Shown piece by piece: positions 1-9,250 of a stretch of 36,972 nucleotides of DNA. The notes under the pieces were generated by a model, which saw only the letters and a list, made by a program, of their open reading frames with translations, searched no databases and was not told where the DNA came from. Position 1 is the stretch's first letter. Each line of letters starts with the position of its first letter. A program made the position numbers and the translations under genes. Source of the DNA: Nitrospinaceae bacterium (GTDB taxonomy: Bacteria; Nitrospinota; Nitrospinia; Nitrospinales; Nitrospinaceae); NCBI GenBank assembly GCA_965223665.1, contig CBDCXH010000001.1, forward strand, positions 1-36,972, read 5' to 3'.

Positions 1-1
1 G

Positions 2-409
2 AATAGTTGTGGATGCGGGTTTGTATTCACTGAGTTAAGAACCAATTGTTATGAACAACCCGACGCGATCGGGTGGCGGGACGGTCTTTCTATTTTGGTT
101 GAGTGTAAGGCAACGCGAAGTGATTTTTTAGCGGATAAGAAAAAGCCATTTCGCATTTGTCCTCCATTAGGAATGGGAAGTCATCGTTATTATTTAACGT
201 TGCCGGGCGTGATTAAACCGGAAGATTTGCCGGAGGGGTGGGGGTTGCTTTATTGCCATCCTAAAAAAATTGAGAAAGTGGTTTCACGGGTAAAAAGTAA
301 TATGTGGCATCCACCCGTTTTTAAAAGAAACCAGGGGGAAAGAGATTCGGATGATGTGTAGTGCTCTTAGACGTCTTGAACTTCGGGGGTACTTAGATTT
401 CTATTTATG
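2..409 (+). CDS. 5'-truncated PD-(D/E)XK-like (MmcB-like) phage nuclease, apparently frameshifted near 335-340
   Basis: Frame is open from base 2 (FVFTEL..EQPDAIGW...LVECKATRSDFLADKKKPFR...GMG..RYY...EDLPEGWGLL). The track ORF stops at 361, but an alternative frame continues as MMCSALRRLELRGYLD, a family-like C-terminus. Confidence 0.6.
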
Positions 410-440
410 AAAAATCCCTTTAAAGAAAGCCAGGTGAATC

Positions 441-1708
441 ATGAAATGGTTTAAACACGAATGTAATGAACGGAATGAGGAGTTTAGCTCCAAGTTAATC
501 GATCGCTTTGGTTTAGAGGGGTTATGCCCGTTGGAATCTTTTAAAAGAGGTTGTGGGGGAAAGCATGGATCGCCACTCGGACCGGCACCGAATTTCACTA
601 TCCTGGTCAGATTGGCAAAGTGAATTAAAAGGGTAAGAAAAATAAGCTCGAATTATTTTTTAAATTTCTACAAGAAAAAGGAAGAATTTCTTACTTTTTA
701 GATGGAAATATACTGACAATTCAAGTTCCTGAATTACTACAGAAACGGGATGAATATTCGAAAAAATCCAAGAAAGGAAAAGGAGATTCCCAGTTCATTT
801 CGGATTCATTCCGGAAACAAATCGGAAACGTTTCGGAAATGAATCGGAAACAAAATCAAAACGTTTCTAAAACCAATTCCTGTAACTCTTTACAAACAAA
901 AGATAATAATAAAAATTTGTCCGGACAGCCTCCGGACAATGTCCTTTCTAAGAAGGAAGAAGATAATTACTTACGTAATTATCTAAAGAGGGAAGAGGGA
1001 GAAAACAATAACTCCCCTCCTCCACCCTTGGAAAATAATTCAACCAAAAATCAAAACGGCTTGGGGGATCCATACGCGGGATTGAACGGTCACGCCATGC
1101 CCGTCCATTGGTTTTTGAGATTTGCCGAAATGTCTCACAAAAAAGTTAAGGGGTACGAGGTTTCGTTTAACTCCCAGGCGGATATACAGCGGGCTTTGAA
1201 TCTGGTCGACCGAGTGGCAGATCAAAAACTTTTGCGTGTGGCGTGGTGGGAATTCTTATTTCTTGAAAAACCTTGGCTGCAAAACAACGGCAAACCTAAG
1301 CCACGAAACTTGGTCATCTTCTCTAAATTTTTAGAGGACTGTTTGCCTCTGGCAGCAATACGAATGGAAGGGATACGAATTCGTCAAAAATTGGAACGAA
1401 CCACTGAAATTTCGACCCCATTACCGCAAAACATGAAACGAAATGATCATGATTGTATCGTTTGGCAGGCGGTTTTGGAGAAGATCGAGAAAAAGATTTT
1501 ACCGGAAAATTTTAACACTTGGTTCACTCCGATTTATCCGGCTGGCCGTGATGGGCCTAAGCTTCTTATTGCCGTCCCCAACCAATACTTTGAGCGTTGT
1601 TTAACCGAAAACTATCAAAAACAAATTGAGCAAACTTTACATGAAGTTGATCCCGACATCCAAAGCGTCGAATTTGTTCCCGGCACCCCGGAAGAAATCG
1701 AAGCGTAA
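441..1708 (+). CDS. Phage replication initiator (MKWFKH-type N-terminus, C-terminal DnaA domain I-like), split by two +1 homopolymer frameshifts
   Basis: Removing one base at G-run 518-521 and one at 627-633 joins ORFs 441 and 839 into ~421 aa: MKWFKH..FGLEGYARWNLLKEVV..ILTIQVPELLQKRDEYSKK.. The C-terminus VWQAVLEKIEKKILPENFNTWF..LLIAVPNQYF resembles DnaA_N. Confidence 0.7.
800..854 (+). repeat. Five tandem 11-bp iteron-like repeats inside the initiator gene (candidate origin)
   Basis: tcggattcatt/ccggaaacaaa/tcggaaacgtt/tcggaaatgaa/tcggaaacaaa, followed by an AT-rich tract and the palindrome tgtccggaca (918-927). Confidence 0.55.
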
Positions 1709-2165
1709 GCCCTACCGACAAATAGAGCATGATCACCAAGCCTCTTTGTTTCAATGGGCGGAAACGATGGAATTTTATTTTCCGGAATTAGAGTGGATGT
1801 TCGCGGTCCCTAATGGTGAACTTCGTCACCCTGTTGTGGCAAAGAGATTAAAAGCCGAGGGGGTTAAAGCCGGGGTATTGGATGTATTTTTATTGGAACC
1901 GCGTGGTGAGTATCCTGGCTTTGTCATGGAAAATAAAACACCCGATGGCCCTGTAAGCGATGAACAAAAGAGGTGGATTGCTTATTTCAAGCAGCGTGGT
2001 TTTAAAGTAGTCGTTTGCCGTAATGTGGATGAATCAAAAAAAGCGTTGATTGATTATCTCAACCTTCCACCACCACTCTTTGTGGATCTTACCCCAATTC
2101 CTAAACTTGACCCCAACCCCTACCGAAAAAGGAAACGCAAATGCAAGAAATCAACGGTGAAATAA
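1626..2165 (+). CDS. VRR-NUC domain endonuclease (start uncertain)
   Basis: EHDHQ..FAVPNG..R....AKRLKAEGVKAGVLD...ENK...G..S.EQ..W motif set. Confidence 0.85.
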   Translation: MSKLYMKLIPTSKASNLFPAPRKKSKRKPYRQIEHDHQASLFQWAETMEFYFPELEWMFAVPNGELRHPVVAKRLKAEGVKAGVLDVFLLEPRGEYPGFVMENKTPDGPVSDEQKRWIAYFKQRGFKVVVCRNVDESKKALIDYLNLPPPLFVDLTPIPKLDPNPYRKRKRKCKKSTVK

Positions 2166-2401
2166 AATTAGATCTCATTGAAGAAAAAATTGAACTTGAT
2201 GATTTCATCGGTAATCGAGCCTATCAATTTATTTTTAAACATCTTGGATCGAAAGGCGTGGTTGTCCTAGCAATGGCAAAGGTTTTATTTGGTGATCGCC
2301 TCCACCTTTTAGGTATTGATCATATAACTAGGAAGTCCCGCAAAAGACAATTTGAGAAAACAATTCCCGTTTCACGTGAAACGGGTAAGCCCTTACCCTA
2401 G
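2141..2401 (+). CDS. Hypothetical protein
   Basis: 86-aa ORF, ATG preceded by AAAGGA, co-oriented with the operon. Confidence 0.55.
   Translation: MQEINGEIKLDLIEEKIELDDFIGNRAYQFIFKHLGSKGVVVLAMAKVLFGDRLHLLGIDHITRKSRKRQFEKTIPVSRETGKPLP
2366..2385. promoter_or_regulatory. parS-like palindrome
   Basis: Perfect 20-bp palindrome CCCGTTTCACGTGAAACGGG. Its core matches 14/16 of the chromosomal parS consensus TGTTTCACGTGAAACA. Confidence 0.7.
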
Positions 2402-2437
2402 CTAATACCCCAAGCACTTACCCCAAGGCCTTACCCT
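2387..2437 (+). repeat. Four tandem 12-13 bp repeats (AAGc.cTTACCCy) upstream of the late operon
   Basis: aagcccttaccct/agctaatacccc/aagcacttacccc/aaggccttaccct. Confidence 0.65.
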
Positions 2438-2498
2438 TGTAGAAAATTTTAAAAAGGTCTAAATATTTAGGTGGTTAATAATATTTAGGCCAAACAAA

Positions 2499-3041
2499 GT
2501 GGAACTCATTGCAGTTAGCGTAAAGGATGAAACCGACAGGCTAATAAGATCGATGGGGCAAATCCCTCGGTTTATTGTTCCACGTGCCATTAATGCTGCG
2601 ATCAACAAAACATCCAGCAAAGTTCGAACGATAGTAATTAGAGAAGTTGCAAAAGAAACCGGACTAAAACAAAAAGAAGTTCGGCAATTTGTTTCTCTAA
2701 GAAAATCAAACCTTAGAACTTTTACTGGCATTATTCGAAGTATAGGACGAACACTAAACCTTATCCGCTTCAATGCCAGGCAAACCAAAGTTGGTGTATC
2801 TGCTAAGGCTTGGGGAGTGACAAGAGTTTACCGCGGCGCTTTCATAGCTAATCAAGGTAGGACTGTTTTCATTCGCATCTCTAGGAAGCGAGTACCCATT
2901 AGACCTCTACATGGTCCTAGTATTCCAAGGACAATTATCAATCAAAAGATTTACCCAGCACAAGACAAGGTAGTTAGAGCAGAACATCCAAAGAATTTAA
3001 GGCGAGAGTTTGAATTTAGAATTCAAAAGCTTAGGAATTAA
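2499..3041 (+). CDS. Lambda gpZ-like minor tail/tail completion protein
   Basis: Basic 180 aa with RAINAAINKT..VRT...REV and R.PI..LHGPSIP motifs. Confidence 0.75.
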   Translation: MELIAVSVKDETDRLIRSMGQIPRFIVPRAINAAINKTSSKVRTIVIREVAKETGLKQKEVRQFVSLRKSNLRTFTGIIRSIGRTLNLIRFNARQTKVGVSAKAWGVTRVYRGAFIANQGRTVFIRISRKRVPIRPLHGPSIPRTIINQKIYPAQDKVVRAEHPKNLRREFEFRIQKLRN

Positions 3042-3042
3042 T

Positions 3043-3086
3043 GGGTCCTTTCACGAAATTTTGTATTACGGGTCCGCAGCAGCTCG
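3043..3086 (+). other. Lambda-like cos site (cosQ plus cosN)
   Basis: GGGTCCT (identical to lambda cosQ) at 3043-3049, then TTTC..TTACG|GGTCCGCAGCAGCT|CG. Lambda has GGGTCCTTTCC..TTACG|GGGCGGCGACCT|CG. Lies just upstream of terS. Confidence 0.75.
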
Positions 3087-3209
3087 GAATTTCACCACAC
3101 TTTTGGCGAAAAAATTTGTTGACAGTTGACAAAAATAATATCGGATCAAAAGGGAGTCAATAAATGAAATTTAAAATAAACCTAAGATAAGGCGAATTAG
3201 CGGTGTTTT

Positions 3210-3791
3210 GTGGAATTAATATCACAAGCGGAATATGCAAGGCGGCGTGGAGTGTCTCGTCAACTTGTCAACAGGTTGACAAAACAAGAACGAATTCCAA
3301 CTCATAATGGAAAAATTAATCCAGTTGAAGCTGATCAAGTTTTGGATAGGGAGTTTGATGAAAAGGAATCCAAAAATGGTAGTAGCTCCAGTGAAAATAA
3401 TTTTTATAAGGAAAAAACTAGGCTCGAAAGTTTAAAGGCGGATTTATATGAAATTAAATTGGCAAGTGAAAGGAAGAAGGTTGTTCCCGTTGAAGTTGTG
3501 TTGGGGGAGTTTGAAAAACTTGTTAAAGCAGTTAAGCAAAGATTGGCAGGGATGGGTAAAAAATTATCTCTTTCGGTTGCCCATGAAACAGATCCAAAAA
3601 AAATTAAAGTCATTATTGATGACGCCATTTTAGAAGCATGCAGCGAGTTTAGACAGTATGACGCAAAAACCGGAAAATGCAGGAGTACTAGCCCTAAGAA
3701 GGGGAATCGAAAAGCTAGCCGCAAACATAAGTCCACCCGAAAAAATACAAATAAGCGAGTGGGCAAACAAACATCGGGTTTTGTCAAGTAA
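3210..3791 (+). CDS. terS: Terminase small subunit (Nu1-like)
   Basis: N-terminal wHTH (ISQAEYARRRGVSRQLV), coiled coil, position between cos and terL. Confidence 0.85.
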   Translation: MELISQAEYARRRGVSRQLVNRLTKQERIPTHNGKINPVEADQVLDREFDEKESKNGSSSSENNFYKEKTRLESLKADLYEIKLASERKKVVPVEVVLGEFEKLVKAVKQRLAGMGKKLSLSVAHETDPKKIKVIIDDAILEACSEFRQYDAKTGKCRSTSPKKGNRKASRKHKSTRKNTNKRVGKQTSGFVK

Positions 3792-5587
3792 TACAAGCGG
3801 CGAGTCTGGAAGGTTTTCCACCGCCCGTGCTCCATTTCAAAATGGGGTGATGGATGCTTTCACCGATCCCAAGGTCGAGGTCATTGTTTGGGTTGCATGT
3901 TCTCAAATTGGAAAGACTGAGACGTTTATTAATAACGTTATTGGTTATTACATCCAACATGATCCCTCGCCAATTATGGTTGTTCAACCAAATTATGACA
4001 TGGCCAAAGCCTGGTCCCAAAACCGTTTTGATTTAATGCTTCAAGACACACCGGTTCTAAGGGGGTTGGTTAAAGAGCCCAGAACCAAGGGAGCTAAAAA
4101 TACTGTTAAGAATAAAGTATTCCCGGACGGCCAATTAATTATTTCCTCTTCTAAATCTCCGTCTTCTTTATCAATGTATCCCATCCGGATTTTATTGTTC
4201 GACGAAGTCGGCCGATATGATGCGAGCGCCAGATCCGAGGGGGATCCTATTGCGCTAGGTAAAAAACGGACCACTACCTATTTCGATCGAAAAATTGGAA
4301 TGACATCAAGCCCGACTATTAAGAATCGATGTCGAATAACCCAGGAATATGAATTAACTGATCAAAGGCAATTTCAAGTTCCTTGTCCAATGTGCAATCA
4401 ACGCCAAGAATTACGGTTCGGTGGGAAAGACAAAGAGTATGGATTGAAATGGGAGTCCGGAAAACCTCACACAGTTTTTTATCTCTGTATTCATTGCCAA
4501 GGAAAAATATATCAGTATGACAAACAGCGAATGTTAACCCTTGGGGATTGGGTAGCCACTCAACCTTTTAATGGTCGAGCTGGTTTCAGAATCAATGAAC
4601 TTTATAGTCCCTGGGTTTCTTGGCAGGAATTAATTGAGAATTTTTTAATAGCAAAAAAAACTTCCGGAAACACTAAAGGTTTTTGTTAACACATCTTTAG
4701 CGGAAACCTGGGAGGAGGAAAGCGAAAAGTTGGAAGCGGATCCTTTGCTCGCAAGGCGCGAGCATTATGGTCCACAAATTCCAAATCAAGTATTGATTGT
4801 CACGGCTGGCATCGATGTCCAGGCCAATCGACTTGAGTGTACTTTTCTCGGTCACGGTACGGATAAAGAAAAGTGGTTACTGGATCACATTGTATTGCCC
4901 GGTGATCCCACAATGGAACCGGTTTGGGATGATTTAGAAAAACAATTGCTAAGGCATTTCGAAGCGGAAGACGGATCCAAACTTCGAGTTGTATCCGCAA
5001 TGATCGATTCCGGGTTTAATACCTTGGATGTTTATAAATTTGTTGGTCCCAGGGAAATTCGAAAAGTATTTGCCAGTAAAGGTGTAGCTACCAATAGCAC
5101 ACCATTTTTAAAACCGGGGACAGTTCGAAATAAGTACGGAGTGACACTTCAAATTATAGGGACCGACCAGGCGAAAGAAGAATTATACAGCCACCTTCGT
5201 TTAAAAAACCCAGGGCCTGGTTATTGCCATTTCCCATTCAAAGGTGTTTTTTCTGAAGAACCATTCAACCTGGAATATTTTAAGGGTCTTACCGCAGAAA
5301 AGAAAGAACGCAAACCAGATAAAAGGGGAAATTTTAAAGATATCTGGATCAAGGAATACAGGCGCAATGAACCATTGGATTGTTATCTGTTGGCGACTGC
5401 AGCGTTCTACATTCTAAAGGTAGATATGGATTCCATTGCGTCCCATCGTTTGGCTTATGTGGAAAAAAATCCTGCACTGGCGCCAAAAGTAAAAGGCAGG
5501 CGAACACTTTCAAAGGAGTGGAATTATAAACATGGCTCAAACCTTAGAACAAGTTCAAGCCCGTTTGCAATTGTACTACGACGCTGA
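3658..5587 (+). CDS. terL: Terminase large subunit, gpA family, split by a frameshift at A8 4653-4660
   Basis: Walker A CSQIGKTE, Walker B LLFDEV, EGDP, AGIDVQ. Removing one A restores AKKLPETLKVFVNTSLAETWEE. A second slip near 5512 would give the end RRTLSKGVEL* at about 5529. Confidence 0.92.
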
Positions 5588-5747
5588 GGCGGCAATTTTA
5601 TCAGGTCAATCTTATAGCTTAGGTAACAGATCTCTTTCAAGGCCGAATTTAAAAGAAGTTCAAGAGCAAATTACAAAACTAGAAAATGAGGAGTCCCGTT
5701 TAAAAGGTGGCGGTGGGCTCAAAGTTAGAAGGATTGTTCCTTTATGA
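5532..5747 (+). CDS. gpW-like head completion protein
   Basis: LQLYYDAEAAILSGQSYSLGNRSLSR; lies between terL and portal. Confidence 0.8.
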   Translation: MAQTLEQVQARLQLYYDAEAAILSGQSYSLGNRSLSRPNLKEVQEQITKLENEESRLKGGGGLKVRRIVPL

Positions 5748-7342
5748 ATTTAAAAAAAGAAATTCAACAAAAAGCACAACCCACAATTTTGGATAAAGCT
5801 ATTTCATATTTTGCCCCTGTGTATGGTGAGCGCCGGATGCGATCGCGTATGAATATGGCCATCACCAATGCTTACATGGGTGCATCGAAAAGTCGTAAGG
5901 CGCTGAAGGAATGGAAAACCCGGAGCGGTGATGCGGATTCCGATGCGAATCCAGATCTTCCATTGCTTCGTGAGCGATCCCGCGACTTAGTTCGAAATGC
6001 TCCATTGGCCCAAGGCGCAATTAACACGGTTTGCACAAATGTTATTGGTCCGGGCCTTCGTCTGTTTCCTCAAATAGATCGTGATGCCTTAAATCTTACG
6101 GAAAAACAAGCCGACCAATGGGAACGCGAAACAAAACGCCAATTTAATTGTTGGGCGGAATCTGAATTTTGTCATGTCCAACGCACACTCGATTTTTTCG
6201 AAATCCAGGATCTAATGTTTCGATCAACCCTGGAAAGCGGTGATTCTTTTTGCATGTTACCGATGGTAAAAATTCCAAAATGGGATTTTCGGTTGGCCCT
6301 GCAAATTATAGAATCCGACCGAGTAAGTAATCCACACAACCAAAGAGATACTCAATCTTTGAGCGCCGGGGTTGAAAAATCGAGCAAGGGTGTCCCGATC
6401 GCTTACCACGTATCACGCCATCATCCCGGAAATCTTACTTTGTTTAGCAAAGACAGGAAATGGGATCGAATTGAAAAATGGGGTAGCAAAACCAAACGAA
6501 AAAATGTGATTCATTTGTTTAGAACTCTTCGTCCTGGCCAAACCCGTGGGATCCCCTATTTATCACCTGTAATCGAGCCACTTAAACAGCTGCAGCGATA
6601 CACGGACGCAGAAATAATGGCTGCCCTGGTTTCTGGGATGTTTACTGTTTTTGTCACGACTGAAAAAACAACCTCAGATGCAAATCCGATTGTGGGTATG
6701 GATGGGACTAACCAAGATGATTATAAGCTTGGCACAGGATCTATGGTTGAAATGTCACCGGGTGAAAAGATTGAAACTGCAAACCCAGGTCGACCCAACA
6801 ATGCTTTTGACCCATTTGTGATGGCTGTCCTAAGACAAGTCGGCGTTTCACTTGAAATTCCATTTGAAATTTTAATCAAACATTTTACTGCTTCTTACAG
6901 TGCCGCCCGCGGTGCAATTTTAGAAGCCTGGAAATTTTTTAAAAGCCGACGCCAATGGATGGCGCGAAAGTTTTGTAACCCAATTTATGAAGCTTGGATG
7001 GAAGACAGAGTTTCTGCAGGTTTTATCGATGCGCCAGGGTTTCTCGATGATCCCATAATCCGAAAAGCCTGGCTAGGTGCCATTTGGATTGGACCGGCTA
7101 AAGGGATGATCGATGAGCAAAAAGAAATCAAAGCAGCTGAACTGCGATTGAAAAATGATCTTTCAACCCACGAACAAGAAACGATCGAACTTAACGGTGG
7201 TGACTTTGAAAACAATATTAAGCAATTAGGCAAAGAACGAAAGTTAAAGTCTGAATCCCGGCCACAACCGGATCCACCAGAAGAGGAAGAACCGGAACCC
7301 ATCGAACCCGATTTAACTCAAACCGAAGGGGAAGAAAAATGA
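5744..7342 (+). CDS. Portal protein, lambda family
   Basis: LRERSRDLVRNAPLA, RPGQTRGIP, SYSAARGA motifs. Confidence 0.95.
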   Translation: MNLKKEIQQKAQPTILDKAISYFAPVYGERRMRSRMNMAITNAYMGASKSRKALKEWKTRSGDADSDANPDLPLLRERSRDLVRNAPLAQGAINTVCTNVIGPGLRLFPQIDRDALNLTEKQADQWERETKRQFNCWAESEFCHVQRTLDFFEIQDLMFRSTLESGDSFCMLPMVKIPKWDFRLALQIIESDRVSNPHNQRDTQSLSAGVEKSSKGVPIAYHVSRHHPGNLTLFSKDRKWDRIEKWGSKTKRKNVIHLFRTLRPGQTRGIPYLSPVIEPLKQLQRYTDAEIMAALVSGMFTVFVTTEKTTSDANPIVGMDGTNQDDYKLGTGSMVEMSPGEKIETANPGRPNNAFDPFVMAVLRQVGVSLEIPFEILIKHFTASYSAARGAILEAWKFFKSRRQWMARKFCNPIYEAWMEDRVSAGFIDAPGFLDDPIIRKAWLGAIWIGPAKGMIDEQKEIKAAELRLKNDLSTHEQETIELNGGDFENNIKQLGKERKLKSESRPQPDPPEEEEPEPIEPDLTQTEGEEK

Positions 7343-8727
7343 AGCTTTTGGATATAGTCCAATCGCCTTGGTCTATTACTGAGGCAAAACTATTAGAGAT
7401 CCAATCAATTTATGCCTCTCATTTGAAGGGTGAAAAAATTGATATTGCTGCAGTAGAAGCTAGGATCGGCCGTCCTCTTGATAATAAGAGAAAGGATATT
7501 GAGATTGTTGACGGGGTTGCGTTGATTCCTATTGAAGGTGTAATCGCCAAAAAAATGAATCTGTTCATGGCAATTTCCGGCGGAACGTCAACCCAAATTG
7601 TGGGATCCCAAATTGAAAGTGCTTTAGAGGATCCGGAAGTTAAAGCCATTGTTTTGAACATCGATTCCCCAGGTGGCACTGTAGACGGTACCCAAGAATT
7701 AGCAGAGAAAGTTTTCTCAGTGCGCGGTAGAAAACCGATTATTTCATTTGTTGATGGTGGAATGTTTTCCGCAGCGTTTTGGATTGGGGCAGCTGCAGAT
7801 CAAATTATTATCAATGGACCGACTACTGCGGTGGGATCCGTCGGAGTGATTTCCACGCATACAGATTTTTCAAGGCAAGAGGAAGCTAGAGGAATCCGAA
7901 CCACACATATTGTGAGCGGTAAGTTTAAGGCTTCCACATCACCTCATCAACCACTTAGCGAAACTGGTCGGGAAGAAATGCAGGGAATTGTAGACCATTT
8001 GTTTTCTGTTTTTGTTCAGGATCTTGCTAGATTCCGAGGCCAAACTACAGAAGAAATTCAAAATGTATTAGGAGAAGCGCAAGTTTTAATAGGCCAACAG
8101 GCCTTAAACGCTGGAGTGGTGGACGGTGTTTCCACCTTGGACCAGCTGATAAAAACGCTGTCTGAAAGCGACGGTGATTCGCACACAGGCGGCGGCATGT
8201 CCAACTTAAATAAGAAAGGTGTTGCTATGTCAGAGAACAAAACGCAACCAACAACACCGGATATTACCGCCGAAACCCTCAGGGCGGATCATCCGGAATT
8301 GTACGAATCCATTAAAAGCGAAGCTTATAACCGAGGGTTGAAAGAGGGAGCGGAAAAAGAACGGTCCCGAATACAGGCTGTTAAGGATCAATCTATGCCA
8401 GGCCATGAAGGAATGGTTGAGCAGTTGATGTTTGACGGGAAAACCTCTGGTCCGGAAGCAGCCGTTCAAATCCTGGCTGCAGAAAAAAAGAAGAAAAAGG
8501 ATCATTCAGCATCCTTGGAAAGTGACTCACCAGATGTTCTAACGGATCCGGTTCCAGCTGAAGAGACTACCGAAGATGTTTCGCATTTACCTTTAGAGGA
8601 ACAGGCGAAACATAATTGGGAAAACAAAAAAGAGTTGCATGGGGAATTTAGTTCCTTGGAAATTTATAGCGCTTGGTTTAAGGCCGATAAAGAAGGTCGA
8701 ATAAAAGAGGGAAAGACTAAGAGGTAA
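7339..8727 (+). CDS. S49 (SppA/gpC-like) head maturation protease with C-terminal scaffold region
   Basis: IDSPGGTVDG, MFSAAFWI, VGSVGVI, GKFK motifs. Confidence 0.92.
   Translation: MKLLDIVQSPWSITEAKLLEIQSIYASHLKGEKIDIAAVEARIGRPLDNKRKDIEIVDGVALIPIEGVIAKKMNLFMAISGGTSTQIVGSQIESALEDPEVKAIVLNIDSPGGTVDGTQELAEKVFSVRGRKPIISFVDGGMFSAAFWIGAAADQIIINGPTTAVGSVGVISTHTDFSRQEEARGIRTTHIVSGKFKASTSPHQPLSETGREEMQGIVDHLFSVFVQDLARFRGQTTEEIQNVLGEAQVLIGQQALNAGVVDGVSTLDQLIKTLSESDGDSHTGGGMSNLNKKGVAMSENKTQPTTPDITAETLRADHPELYESIKSEAYNRGLKEGAEKERSRIQAVKDQSMPGHEGMVEQLMFDGKTSGPEAAVQILAAEKKKKKDHSASLESDSPDVLTDPVPAEETTEDVSHLPLEEQAKHNWENKKELHGEFSSLEIYSAWFKADKEGRIKEGKTKR
8227..8727 (+). CDS. Probable nested in-frame scaffolding protein (Nu3-like)
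   Basis: In-frame ATG at 8227 preceded by AGAAAGGT; ER.RI coiled-coil motif; same arrangement as lambda C/Nu3. Confidence 0.6.
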   Translation: MSENKTQPTTPDITAETLRADHPELYESIKSEAYNRGLKEGAEKERSRIQAVKDQSMPGHEGMVEQLMFDGKTSGPEAAVQILAAEKKKKKDHSASLESDSPDVLTDPVPAEETTEDVSHLPLEEQAKHNWENKKELHGEFSSLEIYSAWFKADKEGRIKEGKTKR

Positions 8728-8782
8728 TTCTTTTTTAGTTTTTCAAAAATATATGTTCAACCTCATATAAGGAAAAATCGTT

Positions 8783-9190
8783 ATGACAACGTTAGCAAAA
8801 AATACACCTCGGCCTTACGAATTGGGAGATATGAACAATCTTCCCGTTGTGGCCTCAGACATTATTTACGAAGGCGCCGCCGTAGGTATTGATTCCAATG
8901 GGTATGCACGGCCCTTGGTAGCCGGTGATAAGTTTGCCGGATTCTCAACCGAACATGTGGACAATTCCTCAGGTAACAACGGGGATAAAACTGTTCGCGT
9001 CCGTCGGCGTGGTGCCGTGGAATTGCCAATCGCTGCATTAGCAATCACCGACAATGGAGCGGCAGTTTATGCGTCCGACGATGACACTTTTACCTTAGTT
9101 TCAACTGCTAATTCCAGAATTGGAACTGTGGTTCGTTGGGAAGAAACCGGCGTTGGTTTAGTTGATTTCGAGGAATACAAAGGCGTTTAG
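8783..9190 (+). CDS. Head decoration/cement protein
   Basis: IIYEGAAVG..GYARPLVAGDKFAG, VYASDDDTF; precedes the capsid gene. Confidence 0.75.
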   Translation: MTTLAKNTPRPYELGDMNNLPVVASDIIYEGAAVGIDSNGYARPLVAGDKFAGFSTEHVDNSSGNNGDKTVRVRRRGAVELPIAALAITDNGAAVYASDDDTFTLVSTANSRIGTVVRWEETGVGLVDFEEYKGV

Positions 9191-9250
9191 TAATAATTAA
9201 TCCAAACTAAGAAACAACAAAGCGAAAGCTTTTTAATAGGAGGTTTTAAA

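Noticed and set aside
2576-2591. Second parS (TGTTCCACGTGCCATT)
   Set aside because: Only one arm matches, and it lies within coding sequence.
3119-3131. Tandem TTGACA as sigma70 -35 boxes
   Set aside because: No acceptable -10 at 16-18 bp spacing.
4653-4660. Programmed frameshift in terL
   Set aside because: One of several homopolymer slips nearby, and it splits a conserved gpA motif; error is more parsimonious.
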